In this document: positions 1 through 10,402 of the stretch, in pieces
Position numbering within the stretch: position 1 is the first letter of the stretch
Layout of the letters: the number at the start of each line of letters is the position of its first letter
Sequence record: SRR2962707_1740
DNA length: 62,760 nt
Reading direction: 5' to 3' (one strand)
Program-made: the position numbers and the translations under genes
Notes under the pieces: model-generated
Seen by the model: the letters and a program-made list of their open reading frames with translations, nothing else
Databases searched by the model: none
Told to the model about the DNA's origin: nothing

Positions 1-87
1 AGCAAAGCCAGCCAAGACACCAAAGACATGGTCAAATATTTAGAGTGGCTGTCCTCACGACTTGAGCAGAAGGAACTCGCGGAATGA
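1..87 (+). CDS. 3' end of an upstream gene (partial, unidentified)
   Basis: Open frame 1 SKASQDTKDMVKYLEWLSSRLEQKELAE* ends at TGA 85-87, overlapping the next ATG (ATGA coupling). Confidence 0.55.
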   Translation, partial: SKASQDTKDMVKYLEWLSSRLEQKELAE

Positions 88-908
88 CTTCAATCCTCTT
101 ATTTATCGGTTTATGCGTTGGCGTAGTTGCCTTAGCCATAGCGCGCCATTATTACTCAAAGAAAAGCGCTAAACGGCGTTCGTACCAAGGTTTAGAAGGC
201 AGTAAACAGCTCATCGAGTTAATCAAACTCACCCAGCAACATCGCGGCATGCATTCTGGATTTTTAAATGGGCAAACCGAGTTTTCAAGCAAATTAGACT
301 CATTAAAAGCCGACATTAGCCATCGCTACAACACCCTACTCCGGCTCGAAGAGACACTTAATTACCCCAAACAATTAAGTTGCCAGTTTCAATACATTCA
401 ATGGCAAAAGCTCATCCGAGATTCAGCGCTTAGCAGCGCACAAAGCTTTCAAATTCACTCACGCCTTATTGCTAGATTGCTCGACGGCCTGTGGGATATG
501 TCCGATGAATTCGCGCTAACATCAAGTCAGGATGACACTGTGCGGGCCTTAGCACAGCAATACATTAAAACCCTGCCGAATATTGCCGAAGCGTTAGGAC
601 AAATTCGCGCACTGTCTGTGCAAGTGGCGGCCAAGCACACCCTAAGCTCCGATAAGAAACTGCAGCTGCTTTTTACCTTAGGAAAAGTCGATGCTCATAT
701 TGACCATCTCGATCAAAGCCACGCTTTACAAGACAAGCAAAAAATCAGAGATTTTGTTGAGCAGATTCGCAAAAAAACAGACAGCAAAGAGTTGGTTAAT
801 AGCCAGCCAGAGGCCTTATTTAAAGACGCCACCTTAATTATAGATGGCGTGTTTGCACTTATTTTTACAGGGGTAGACACATTGCAAAAGAAAATCCACT
901 TGTCCTAA
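84..908 (+). CDS. Membrane-anchored NIT (nitrate/nitrite-sensing) domain protein
   Basis: N-terminal TM helix; LIKLTQQHRGM and EALGQIRA repeats typical of NIT domains; AAGGA RBS. Confidence 0.65.
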   Translation: MTSILLFIGLCVGVVALAIARHYYSKKSAKRRSYQGLEGSKQLIELIKLTQQHRGMHSGFLNGQTEFSSKLDSLKADISHRYNTLLRLEETLNYPKQLSCQFQYIQWQKLIRDSALSSAQSFQIHSRLIARLLDGLWDMSDEFALTSSQDDTVRALAQQYIKTLPNIAEALGQIRALSVQVAAKHTLSSDKKLQLLFTLGKVDAHIDHLDQSHALQDKQKIRDFVEQIRKKTDSKELVNSQPEALFKDATLIIDGVFALIFTGVDTLQKKIHLS

Positions 909-952
909 AGACTCAGCCTGTAGATTGCTCATCAGAGCCCCAAAATGCTCGT

Positions 953-1735
953 TTAGGCTGGCTGGTAAGCCAGTTGAGAAAGGCGCACGCCGATTTCAAC
1001 ATCGACTTTTAAGGACACCAACTGGCGCGATAATAAGCATTGCTCATAATTATCAGATAAAAGATGCTGAATGCGGTCCGAAAAAGACGTCACATTTTGA
1101 TAAATACTTTCTATGGTTGAATGCGTCTTCATGATCGACATGGCGGTTTTCGGGCCTATGCCTTTCACCCCAGGAATGCGGTTAGTGGTGTCTCCAACCA
1201 AAGCCCAGTAATCCGTCAGTTGAGTGGCTTGCACCCCGTATTTCCCTGGTACCCAAATTTTATCGTAACCGAGTTTGGCAAAATAATCGTATTGCAGAAT
1301 ATTCTCGTTATCGAGCAACTGAGTAAAGCCTTTATCGGTCGACACTATGTAGGATTTTACCCCTTGGTTCGCCGCTTTGACGGCCAAAGTAGCAATCAAA
1401 TCATCCGCTTCCCAACCTGCTAAGCGCAAACAATGAATCTTGTTATAACGAAAGACGGTGGCAAAATCAGGCAATGACTCCAAAAGCGCATCGTCCATGG
1501 GCACTCGACCTAATTTATATTCTGGGAAAATTTTATGACGCCAAGTTTGACCACTGGCATCAAACACCACAACAATATGAGACGGTACGATTTGTTTAAT
1601 GAGTTTAATCAAGGCATCAATGGAAACACTTTGTGTTCGCTCTACCCTGCGCGCCAGATCTTGTTCTGATTCCAGCGCCGCATAAAGGCGACGAATCAAA
1701 TTTAATCCATCAATGATCAGTAATCGTTTATCCAC
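953..1735 (-). CDS. xni: Flap endonuclease Xni (ExoIX)
   Basis: LLIIDGLNLIRR, EADDLIATLA, STDKGF, GDTTNRIPGVKGIGPKTA; no polymerase domain; likely GTG start at 1735 (ORF extends to 1774). Confidence 0.85.
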   Translation of the reverse strand: MDKRLLIIDGLNLIRRLYAALESEQDLARRVERTQSVSIDALIKLIKQIVPSHIVVVFDASGQTWRHKIFPEYKLGRVPMDDALLESLPDFATVFRYNKIHCLRLAGWEADDLIATLAVKAANQGVKSYIVSTDKGFTQLLDNENILQYDYFAKLGYDKIWVPGKYGVQATQLTDYWALVGDTTNRIPGVKGIGPKTAMSIMKTHSTIESIYQNVTSFSDRIQHLLSDNYEQCLLSRQLVSLKVDVEIGVRLSQLAYQPA

Positions 1736-1852
1736 TCTAGACCCTTTATTTACACGCTGTGATATTAATGCCATATTTTGCCATTAGATTAACATGCCAA
1801 GACAAGTAGAACGACACAACGACGCTTAATCATTGAAGACAAGAAGGTTTTT

Positions 1853-3085
1853 ATGAAAGGTTTGACGGTATATTTCTGCCTACCTCTGCTGCTAACCAGC
1901 ATTCAGGCTAGCGCACAGGCATCGCCACTTCGCGCTGTTATCGACACCAACAGCAGTCAAATTGTTGAAAACATCTCCGCGAATCAAACCCCCAGTTTAT
2001 CGGTGACACCCGGGAGTTTACTGCCCCTCACCGCCAACTTCTCACCAATCACACAAGTTCGAGCGGCGGACTACCGTGATTGGTCTTCACAGATCGGCCA
2101 GCAAGTGACGGTCGAGAACAAACACAGAGAGTTATCTTATACTGGGAAATTGCTGGCTCTTGAGCCGCAAAGCGACACCTTTTCTTTACTCATAAAGAAG
2201 AAAACCGTCACTTTGCCCATCAATGATTTTTACTTGATTCCGTCCCACGCCCACACCACGGACAAAAGCACCAAGACTCAGTACCCAAGTGTTGTCAGCT
2301 ATCAATCCAATGACTTGTCCTGGAGCCCGAAGCGCACTCTTATTTTTACCGATGGGTTTGTTTCTCTTATCAATTCCGCCGAGCTCCACAACGCGGCAAC
2401 GCACGCAATTCAGCTCAAAAACAGCGTGTTACACTATTCTCCGGCGACACCAATGAGAGCAAAAGTAGAGCAAACCGCCTTGCGCATGAGCGACAGCAGT
2501 AGCGCGGATTACACAGACAACGAAGTGACTTTCCCGCTCAAGAGCGCACACCTGAAAGCCAACTCAGACACCCTAGTCAAACTCATTCGCTTGCAATCGC
2601 CTATTGATAAAAACGAACATACTGCCACTGTCTATACCGCGTTTAATCGCGCCGCTGACATCCCTTTATCCTTTGAAAATACGCTAACTTTTACACTGAG
2701 CGCCGACGCCTTTCCTGGGCACTACCAGACGTTTTGGCAACGCGATGGCTTACTGATCCCAAGCAACAACACCCACCTAGACATTGCTCGAGCGAAACAA
2801 CCGATCCAAGTGGTGACCAACAAAAGCCTCGATATCACAGGGCATTTATCGCTAGTGAGCAGCACATCGCAAAAATTACCCAGCCAGCAAACTTGGAAGG
2901 TCACGCTGCAAAACCACTCAAATCAGGCGAAAAGCTATGCAATTTCACACACAATGCGTGGTGTCATTAGTCATGTAGAGGGTCCGAATGTCAGCCAAAA
3001 AACAGCCAGTAGCGTTCAAATAAAAGGCAAAATACCGGCCTTAAAAACGCAAAGCTTCCAATACCAAGTTGAGCTAAAAGAATAG
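1853..3085 (+). CDS. Secreted hypothetical protein, DUF4139-like
   Basis: Signal peptide (ASA cleavage); SYQSNDLSWSP segment and beta-rich C-terminus resembling DUF4139 proteins. Confidence 0.45.
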   Translation: MKGLTVYFCLPLLLTSIQASAQASPLRAVIDTNSSQIVENISANQTPSLSVTPGSLLPLTANFSPITQVRAADYRDWSSQIGQQVTVENKHRELSYTGKLLALEPQSDTFSLLIKKKTVTLPINDFYLIPSHAHTTDKSTKTQYPSVVSYQSNDLSWSPKRTLIFTDGFVSLINSAELHNAATHAIQLKNSVLHYSPATPMRAKVEQTALRMSDSSSADYTDNEVTFPLKSAHLKANSDTLVKLIRLQSPIDKNEHTATVYTAFNRAADIPLSFENTLTFTLSADAFPGHYQTFWQRDGLLIPSNNTHLDIARAKQPIQVVTNKSLDITGHLSLVSSTSQKLPSQQTWKVTLQNHSNQAKSYAISHTMRGVISHVEGPNVSQKTASSVQIKGKIPALKTQSFQYQVELKE

Positions 3086-3260
3086 AAAAAGGGTAATAAA
3101 GACGAGATGATGCATTGAATTTTCACAATCCGCGACGCACTAAGTTTTTTGATTATGATATGGTCACGAGTAATACCAGATATAACATTTACCCTACTGC
3201 CATCTTATTGTGCCCTAGGGTAATATAACTATATTTCATACTAAGAGCCCACGATAACCC

Positions 3261-4583
3261 ATGAAAAAGCATATTATCTCATCTTTTATAGCCGCCATGA
3301 CCATAAGCAGCGCCACTGTTCATGCAGAAAGCTTATATGACGTTTATAAATTAGCACTGCAAACGGATCCTGGTTTACGCGCGGCAGCGGCGACTTATAA
3401 AGCCCAAGGCGAACAAGTCACCGTCACAAAGGGTAGCCTATACCCTAATATCTCTTTGAGTGGGAGTTTGGGCTATGCAAAGGACGACAACCCAAGCACA
3501 GACTACAACACCAAAACAGGGGCCGTATCACTGGACCTTGATTACCCAATCTATTCCCCTGCGCTCGATTACGGTGTGGATGCGGTTGAATTGACTTACA
3601 AAAGCTCTGGAGTCACCTACGAAAACACCAAAGAAGATTTGTCTTTGACGGCGTTGACGGACTACTTCAATTTGCTGATGGCACAATCCACACTGAACAC
3701 CACCCTTGCTCAAGTAAAAAGCAACAAGAGCGAATTGGATCAGGTTCAGAAGCAATACGATGTTGGCCTAGTGTCTATTACTGACTTGCAAGATGCGCAA
3801 GCAGAATATGACGCAGTAAAGGTAACCGAGCTGACCAACCGCGCGAATGTTGCTTATGCTCAAAAGGTGCTGTTGCAGTTAACCGGTCGTGTTATTACAG
3901 ACATTCCTGAACTTTCAAAAGATTACCCGATCCAGCTTGATCCAAACATGTCGGTGGATTCTCTGATCCAAAAAGCGATCAAGAACAACAAAGAGTTGAA
4001 CATCCTTGATCTTGCGGTACAAAGTGCCGATAACAACATCGATCTAAAAAGAGCCAGCGGCCGCACGCCTGTTGTGTCTATCACAGGGTCATTATCTCGT
4101 TCTGACTATGACTACAGTGAAGACGTATCATCCGGTGATGGCAACTACGATAATGCCACCATCGGCTTAGCGCTTAGTATGCCACTTTACAGCGGTGGCT
4201 CGATCAATGCGTCCATTAGACAGGCTGCGGCAGAAGCCGAGTCGAGCCGAGAGTCCCGCGATGACTCATTGCAAACCATTGAGCTAAACATCCGCAGCTT
4301 GGTTCTTAACTTGCAAACGTCTGTGGCACAAGTACAAGCACAGAAAGTACTGATCAAGTCTCGTCGCAGTGCATTGGAAGCCAGCAAAGCCGGCTACGAA
4401 GTAGGAACACGTAACTTGGTTGAGTTATTAGACGCTCAATCCAACTTGTTTGATGCGATTGACGCCTTACAACAATACCGCTACAACTTTGTCTTGCAGC
4501 AACTTCAATTGCTTGAAGTCACAGGTGAGCTAACAGAAGACAAGATCAAAAGCCTAGACAAGTGGCTTGTCAGCAGAAGCTAA
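3261..4583 (+). CDS. tolC: TolC-family outer membrane channel
   Basis: Signal peptide then ESLYDVYKLAL; YDVGLVSITDLQDAQA and GYEVGTRNLVELLDAQ OEP repeats. Confidence 0.85.
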   Translation: MKKHIISSFIAAMTISSATVHAESLYDVYKLALQTDPGLRAAAATYKAQGEQVTVTKGSLYPNISLSGSLGYAKDDNPSTDYNTKTGAVSLDLDYPIYSPALDYGVDAVELTYKSSGVTYENTKEDLSLTALTDYFNLLMAQSTLNTTLAQVKSNKSELDQVQKQYDVGLVSITDLQDAQAEYDAVKVTELTNRANVAYAQKVLLQLTGRVITDIPELSKDYPIQLDPNMSVDSLIQKAIKNNKELNILDLAVQSADNNIDLKRASGRTPVVSITGSLSRSDYDYSEDVSSGDGNYDNATIGLALSMPLYSGGSINASIRQAAAEAESSRESRDDSLQTIELNIRSLVLNLQTSVAQVQAQKVLIKSRRSALEASKAGYEVGTRNLVELLDAQSNLFDAIDALQQYRYNFVLQQLQLLEVTGELTEDKIKSLDKWLVSRS

Positions 4584-4617
4584 TCGCTGCGCGCTAAAAA
4601 CCACCCGCTAGCACCAT

Positions 4618-4662
4618 AAAAAATGCCGAAGCGTGAACTCATTCACACTTCGGCATTTTTTT
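4618..4662. terminator. Bidirectional rho-independent terminator
   Basis: AAAAAATGCCGAAG...CTTCGGCATTTTTTT between convergent tolC and M18 peptidase. Confidence 0.85.
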
Positions 4663-4677
4663 ATCAAGGACTCGCTC

Positions 4678-5976
4678 TTAACGCGCGATCAACTTAGCAC
4701 GCTTAGTAAAGCGCGCCAGCACCTTATAAAGCCCATGAGCGTCATGGCTACCAGCTAATTCACGAATGGAGTGCATACCAAAAGTTGGCAAGCCAATATC
4801 GATCGTCGGCACACCGATTTCTCCTGAGGTTATCGGCCCAATCGTGCTGCCACACGCCATGTCGCTGCGCACGACAAAGCTCTGTACTGTGTAGTTTTCT
4901 TCAGCGGCAATATCCCGGTACACACTCGCCGTTTCGCTGTTGGTGGCATAACGCTGATTCGCGTTAATCTTGATCACCGCACCTTGGTTAATCATAGGAG
5001 CGTGATTTGCATCGTGCATGCTAGCGTAATTCGGATGCAACGCATGCGCGTTGTCTGCAGACACCAACATCGAACGCTGCATAGCCTGTACATATTGCTC
5101 TGGATTTGGCGATAAGCGACGCAGTACATCTTCCAAAAACGGCCCATTCGCGCCACAAGCAGACAAACTGCCGATCTCTTCATGATCGGTACAAATCAAC
5201 AAACTTGGACGCTGATTATCTGAATCTAATAACGCTTGCATACCAACAAAGCAACTCAGCAAATTATCCAATCGAGCGGAGCAAATGTACTCTTGATGCA
5301 AGCCCACTAACGACGGCTTCTGAGTATCGTAAAGGCTGAGCTCAAAATCCAATATGGTTGCCACTTTCGCATCTGGATGCTGCTTCTCAATTTGAGTTTT
5401 CAGCAAAAGTTGCAGATCGAATGTGTTTTCTGCGCCACATAAAATAGGCAAAATTTCGTTTTGTGGGTTCACAGAAAACGCTTCATTGGCTTTTCTATTC
5501 AAATGGATGGCCAGATTAGGCACCACAGCAATAGGGTCTTTAAAATCCACCAGACGGCTACTAATGTCACCGTCTTGGTTTTTGTAACTAACGCGACCTG
5601 CGATCGACAAGTCACGGTCTAGCCAGGTGTGCAGCAACACCCCGCCATACACTTCCACACCCAATTGGTGATGGCCATGACGCTGCACATGAGCATTCGG
5701 TTTCAGCTTTAAGCACGGACTGTCTGTATGCGCCCCTATCATTCGCCAGCCACTTTGATGAAAATCCAATTGCGGACTCGTAAAGGCAATCAGTGACGAG
5801 TCATTACGGGTCACAAAATATTTTCCACCTTCATCAATCACCCAACTATCTTCTTCTAATAGTTCAATGAAACCCGCATTGGTTAATGCTTGGCGCATGC
5901 TGTCTGTGGCATGAAAAGGAGTGGGAGAATCTTGTAAAAAAGATAACAAAGTATGATTAAAGCTAGAATATTCCAT
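4678..5976 (-). CDS. apeB: M18 family aspartyl aminopeptidase
   Basis: GAHTDSP, RLDNL, DHEEIGS, SADNAH, GSTIGP, MHSIRE; ATG 5976 with AGGA RBS. Confidence 0.9.
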   Translation of the reverse strand: MEYSSFNHTLLSFLQDSPTPFHATDSMRQALTNAGFIELLEEDSWVIDEGGKYFVTRNDSSLIAFTSPQLDFHQSGWRMIGAHTDSPCLKLKPNAHVQRHGHHQLGVEVYGGVLLHTWLDRDLSIAGRVSYKNQDGDISSRLVDFKDPIAVVPNLAIHLNRKANEAFSVNPQNEILPILCGAENTFDLQLLLKTQIEKQHPDAKVATILDFELSLYDTQKPSLVGLHQEYICSARLDNLLSCFVGMQALLDSDNQRPSLLICTDHEEIGSLSACGANGPFLEDVLRRLSPNPEQYVQAMQRSMLVSADNAHALHPNYASMHDANHAPMINQGAVIKINANQRYATNSETASVYRDIAAEENYTVQSFVVRSDMACGSTIGPITSGEIGVPTIDIGLPTFGMHSIRELAGSHDAHGLYKVLARFTKRAKLIAR

Positions 5977-6099
5977 AATTTCCTGAAAGGACAATACCTT
6001 AAAAAAGTGACTTTTTAGCAGTTAGGCTGGCCTTACTGCTCTGTGTCTAATATGATTTTACTCAATAACGTAAATACAGACCAAGAGAACCCACACCGG

Positions 6100-8163
6100 A
6101 TGAATTATAAACACCTATTGTTTTGCCTTTTCACGGGTCTAATCTTTGCCTCGACGCAAGCATCTGCCTACACAGAACTTCAACCGCCACATGAGTACGA
6201 CACAGTATCCAAAGAACTAGTGAGTATGCTAGAAAGCGAACATTATGACAAACCTACGATTGATGATCGCATTTCAGAAGAAGCCTTTGATTATTACTTG
6301 GACTCTCTCGACCCATCTAAAAGCTTTTTACTGCAAAGCGATGTGGATGCGTTATCACAATACAAAGACAGCTTTGACGATGCCTTACGCAATGGCGACA
6401 CACAAGTGGCTTACACCATCTACAACCTCTATTCAAAGCGCATCGAAGATCGTCTAAACAGCGTTGAAAAAGACATTCCAAAAATCGTCAAATCCTTTGA
6501 CTACACAAAAAAAGAGTCACTGAATAATGACCCTGATAAGTTAAAGTGGGCAACCTCTGAAAGCGAGCTAAACGAATACTGGCGCAAGCGTTTAAAAAAC
6601 CGCGCTTTGGTGCTTAAGATGAACGGTGATTCCGAAGAGAAGATCATCGACACATTAGAACGCCGCTATAAAAACCAGCTGCGCCAAGTAGACCAAACGA
6701 ACGCCGTGGATGTTTACCAAATCTTCGCCAATTCGATTACCGCAACATTGGACCCTCATACGTCTTATTTTGCGCCACGCGCATCAGAAACCTTCAACAT
6801 CAACATGAGCCTTTCTTTAGAAGGGATTGGTGCGGTACTGCAGGCCGATGACGACTACACCAAGATAGTTCGTTTGGTTCCAGGTGGCCCAGCCGCCACT
6901 CAGACCGACCTAGCCCCTAACGACAAGATCATTGCCGTTGGCCAAGAAGGCAAACCCATGGTCGATATTGTTGGCATGCGACTTGATGATGTGGTCGAAA
7001 TGATCCGCGGTGAGCGAGACACCAAGGTAAATCTGGAAGTGATTCCAAGTAAAGGCGATGGCCAAACCAGTAAAAAAATCACCATAGTCCGCAAAAAAGT
7101 AAAACTGGAAGACCAGTCTGCGAAAAAAGACATCATCCACATTAAGCGTGATGGTAAAGACTACAAGGTAGGCATTATCCACTTACCTACCTTCTATTCT
7201 GATTTTGCGGCCATCCAACGTGGCGACAAAAACTACAAGAGCTCCACTCGTGACACTAAGAAGCTGATCGAAGAATTGCGCAAAGAAGGCGTGGTCGCGC
7301 TTATCCTTGACCTTAGAAACAACGGTGGCGGCTCATTGCAAGAAGCAAACTCACTAGCAGGCCTATTTATTCCATCTGGCCCTGTGGTGCAAATTCGCGA
7401 TCAAAAAGGGCGTGTTACGCCACTTGGCGACAGCGACGGAGAAATCAGCTACAGCGGCCCTCTTGCTGTGCTAACCAACCGTATGAGCGCATCCGCGTCT
7501 GAAATCGTCGCAGGGGCTTTGCAAGACTATGGCCGCGCCTTGATCCTTGGCAGCCAAACCTTTGGTAAAGGCACAGTCCAAGTACTTCAAGACATGGACA
7601 AAGGCCAACTTAAAGTCACTCAAGCGAAATTTTACCGCATCTCAGGTGAAAGTACTCAGCACAAAGGGGTTATCCCAGACATTGCCTTCCCTTCTTTGAT
7701 TGACGACAAACTGGTCGGTGAAAGCGCATTAGACAATCCGCTACCATGGGACAAAATCCATGAAACACGCTACCCAGTCTATTGGAACATGGAGGCCTAT
7801 GTACCACTGCTTGAGCCACGCCATAACGCGCGCATCAAGAAGGACCCAAACTTTATTGCGGTGGTAGATCAAATCAAAGACTACAAAGCCCAAGCAGAAA
7901 AATACAAAACCATCTCTTTGAATGAAAAGGTTCGCGAAGCACAAGCCGCGGCGAATAAGAAAAGAGAATTAGACAGAGAAAACACGCGTCGCAAAGCCCT
8001 TGGCCTAGAGTTGGTTAAATCAGTCGATGACATCAAGCCATCTGACAAAGCCGATGACGACGCTTATGCTCACGAAGCATCAGAAATTTTGCTGGACTTC
8101 ATTGCCATTAACCAAAAAGCAGAAGCCGCCGCTAAGGCACAGCAAGCCGCCAGCCACAACTGA
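6100..8163 (+). CDS. prc: Tail-specific (C-terminal processing) protease
   Basis: LDPHTSY, PDZ domain, DLRNNGGGSL, SASASEI, GKGTVQ; signal peptide from ATG 6100. Confidence 0.92.
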   Translation: MNYKHLLFCLFTGLIFASTQASAYTELQPPHEYDTVSKELVSMLESEHYDKPTIDDRISEEAFDYYLDSLDPSKSFLLQSDVDALSQYKDSFDDALRNGDTQVAYTIYNLYSKRIEDRLNSVEKDIPKIVKSFDYTKKESLNNDPDKLKWATSESELNEYWRKRLKNRALVLKMNGDSEEKIIDTLERRYKNQLRQVDQTNAVDVYQIFANSITATLDPHTSYFAPRASETFNINMSLSLEGIGAVLQADDDYTKIVRLVPGGPAATQTDLAPNDKIIAVGQEGKPMVDIVGMRLDDVVEMIRGERDTKVNLEVIPSKGDGQTSKKITIVRKKVKLEDQSAKKDIIHIKRDGKDYKVGIIHLPTFYSDFAAIQRGDKNYKSSTRDTKKLIEELRKEGVVALILDLRNNGGGSLQEANSLAGLFIPSGPVVQIRDQKGRVTPLGDSDGEISYSGPLAVLTNRMSASASEIVAGALQDYGRALILGSQTFGKGTVQVLQDMDKGQLKVTQAKFYRISGESTQHKGVIPDIAFPSLIDDKLVGESALDNPLPWDKIHETRYPVYWNMEAYVPLLEPRHNARIKKDPNFIAVVDQIKDYKAQAEKYKTISLNEKVREAQAAANKKRELDRENTRRKALGLELVKSVDDIKPSDKADDDAYAHEASEILLDFIAINQKAEAAAKAQQAASHN

Positions 8164-8186
8164 TCTTAATCCTGGCGGGATTACCC

Positions 8187-8219
8187 AAAAAGGCAGTGTG
8201 TTTTCACACTGCCTTTTTC
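8187..8219 (+). terminator. Rho-independent terminator after prc
   Basis: AAAAAGGCAGTGTG-TTTT-CACACTGCCTTTTT. Confidence 0.85.
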
Positions 8220-8372
8220 TTTATTAAACGCAAACTCGTGGCTTTGGTCTTGGACTGACATCAAAATTCCCACATAATAGCGCGCTGAAATTCATAATAA
8301 GGCGATACAGGGATTACCCCCCTGCTCAACGCCCCGTTTTATTCTACTTTTTGATTGTATGTACGGAATACC

Positions 8373-8672
8373 ATGGCAAAATCGTCCGCCGATAGAAACA
8401 CTATCGACTTATTTGGCTCTCCTCGAGGTCGACCTCGAAGCCAACCGTTGAATCGAAAAGATCAACTAAAAGCAAACAAACGCATCCAACGCGAAAAAGA
8501 AAAAGCCCTTGGGCTGAAACGGTTAGAATTATTGGTTGATGAAGAAACCATCACCAAGCTTGACCAGCTCTGTGAGCTAAACGATGTAAAACGCTCTGAA
8601 TGGCTAACCATGCAAATTGCCTTGTCTTTTTCAAAGTCAAAAACAGGGAAGCTAAAAAAGCCGACCCGCTAG
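8373..8672 (+). CDS. ybfE: YbfE (LexA-regulated protein) family, ribbon-helix-helix
   Basis: DRNTIDLF..RGRP...RKDQLKANKRIQREK...GLKRLEL. Confidence 0.75.
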   Translation: MAKSSADRNTIDLFGSPRGRPRSQPLNRKDQLKANKRIQREKEKALGLKRLELLVDEETITKLDQLCELNDVKRSEWLTMQIALSFSKSKTGKLKKPTR

Positions 8673-8745
8673 CCAGCCTGCGTCTGTAACAAGACTTTTC
8701 GCTGACTATAAACCCACGCATAACAACTCGATTAACTGACTTACT

Positions 8746-9324
8746 ATGGCCAAACTGTACTTTTATTATTCTGCAATGAATGCGGGAAAATCCACCATAC
8801 TCTTGCAGTCCGCTCACAATTACCAAGAACGCGGAATGGAAGTCATGTTACTGACGGCCGCTATTGACGACCGTTATGAAAGCGGGCAAATTGCTTCTCG
8901 TATTGGCATTAATGCAGAGGCTCAAGTCTTTACCAGAGAGTCCGATCTTTGGTCGCAGATCGACGCACAACATCAAGCAACCAAGCTAAGTTGTATCTTG
9001 ATCGATGAAGCTCAGTTTCTTACCAAAGAACAAGTGTATGCATTGTCTGATGTGGTTGACTCGCTGGACATTCCCGTCTTGGCGTTCGGTATTAGAACCG
9101 ATTTCCAAGGGGCGTTATTCGAAGGCAGTAACGCCCTACTCGCTTGGTCAGATAAATTAATCGAGCTGAAAACCGTTTGTCATTGTGGCAGCAAAGCCAC
9201 TATGGTGATTCGCCTTGATGAACAAGGCCATCCAGTAAAAGAAGGCGCCCAGGTAGAAATTGGTGGCAACGACCGCTATTTGTCCGTTTGTCGAAAACAT
9301 TTTAAAGAAGCCGTGAGACGATAA
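8746..9324 (+). CDS. tdk: Thymidine kinase
   Basis: [10 protein letters not shown] Walker A, IDEAQF, CHCG and SVCRKH zinc lasso. Confidence 0.95.
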   Translation: MAKLYFYYSAMNAGKSTILLQSAHNYQERGMEVMLLTAAIDDRYESGQIASRIGINAEAQVFTRESDLWSQIDAQHQATKLSCILIDEAQFLTKEQVYALSDVVDSLDIPVLAFGIRTDFQGALFEGSNALLAWSDKLIELKTVCHCGSKATMVIRLDEQGHPVKEGAQVEIGGNDRYLSVCRKHFKEAVRR

Positions 9325-9326
9325 TT

Positions 9327-10229
9327 ATGTGGTTCAAGAACGCCCAGATTTTTCAATTAAAAGACACAGAGTCACTCGATACGAATGAGCTCATTGATAA
9401 AATTCCTGAGTTCCCACTAAAAGAATGTGGCTCACAAGAAGAGTTTTCCTTCGGCTGGCTGCCATTAATTCGCAACAGCGAACAATGGAGTCTGGCCAGC
9501 GACCACTGCTTGTTATTCCGTGCAGGCAAAGAAGAAAAAGTATTGCCAGCGGCGGTAGTTCGTGAAGAACTGGAAGCCAAGGTGGCCGAAATCGAATTAA
9601 TAGAAGGACGCAAAGTCGGTCGTAAAGAGAAAACCGACATGAAGGACGAATTGGTCTTCACGTTGCGCCCTAAAGCGTTTTCAAAACGCACAGACATTTG
9701 GGCATATATTGATTTAAAAGCCAAAATCTTAGTTATCAACAGCACCAACGCAAGCATGACCGAATTGCTTTTCAAGCACCTGCAAACCACGCTAGGTAGC
9801 TTCCCTATGTCTCCGCTGCAAGCTCAAGTTTCACCGGCGTCTTTGATGACCGACTGGCTAACCAAAAATGAAGTGCCTGCTAGCCTAGAAACTGGCGACG
9901 AATGTGAAATTCAAGACGGTTCAGAAGAAAAAGCGACGATCCGCTTTAAAGCATTAGAGCCACTATCAGAAGATGTAACACGCCACCTAGAGCAAGGCAT
10001 GGCGGTAAAATCTTTAGCCCTACGCTGGACAGACAAACTGACCTTTGTATTGCATGAAGATCTGACCTTACGCAAAATCAAATTTGATGATGCGCTAAAA
10101 GAAGCGGCCTTTAATGACTCTCAAGGTGGCGGTTTATCCGACATGGATGCCAACTTCTCCTTGATGTCGCTGACACTGCGCGAGTTCTATGCCTCTTACT
10201 GCCTTTGGTTTGAAATCCCAGAAGCATAA
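9327..10229 (+). CDS. rdgC: Recombination-associated protein RdgC
   Basis: MWFKNA start, EEKVLPAAVV, EGRKVGRKEK, 300 aa. Confidence 0.93.
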   Translation: MWFKNAQIFQLKDTESLDTNELIDKIPEFPLKECGSQEEFSFGWLPLIRNSEQWSLASDHCLLFRAGKEEKVLPAAVVREELEAKVAEIELIEGRKVGRKEKTDMKDELVFTLRPKAFSKRTDIWAYIDLKAKILVINSTNASMTELLFKHLQTTLGSFPMSPLQAQVSPASLMTDWLTKNEVPASLETGDECEIQDGSEEKATIRFKALEPLSEDVTRHLEQGMAVKSLALRWTDKLTFVLHEDLTLRKIKFDDALKEAAFNDSQGGGLSDMDANFSLMSLTLREFYASYCLWFEIPEA

Positions 10230-10402
10230 AACGTGCCTGAGTTTTAACCACTCCCCAACGTTTTCCACAGATATCGTGGATAACACTGGGGAGAACATTC
10301 GGGAAGCCAGATAACATGCAGATCCCCAGAATAAAGTTAGACACAACAGACGCTATTGAGTGCTATTAAACTCAATCTGGAAACCATACTGATGAGCGTT
10401 TT

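Noticed and set aside
8230-8372. LexA box upstream of ybfE
   Set aside because: No CTGT-N8-ACAG with correct spacing found
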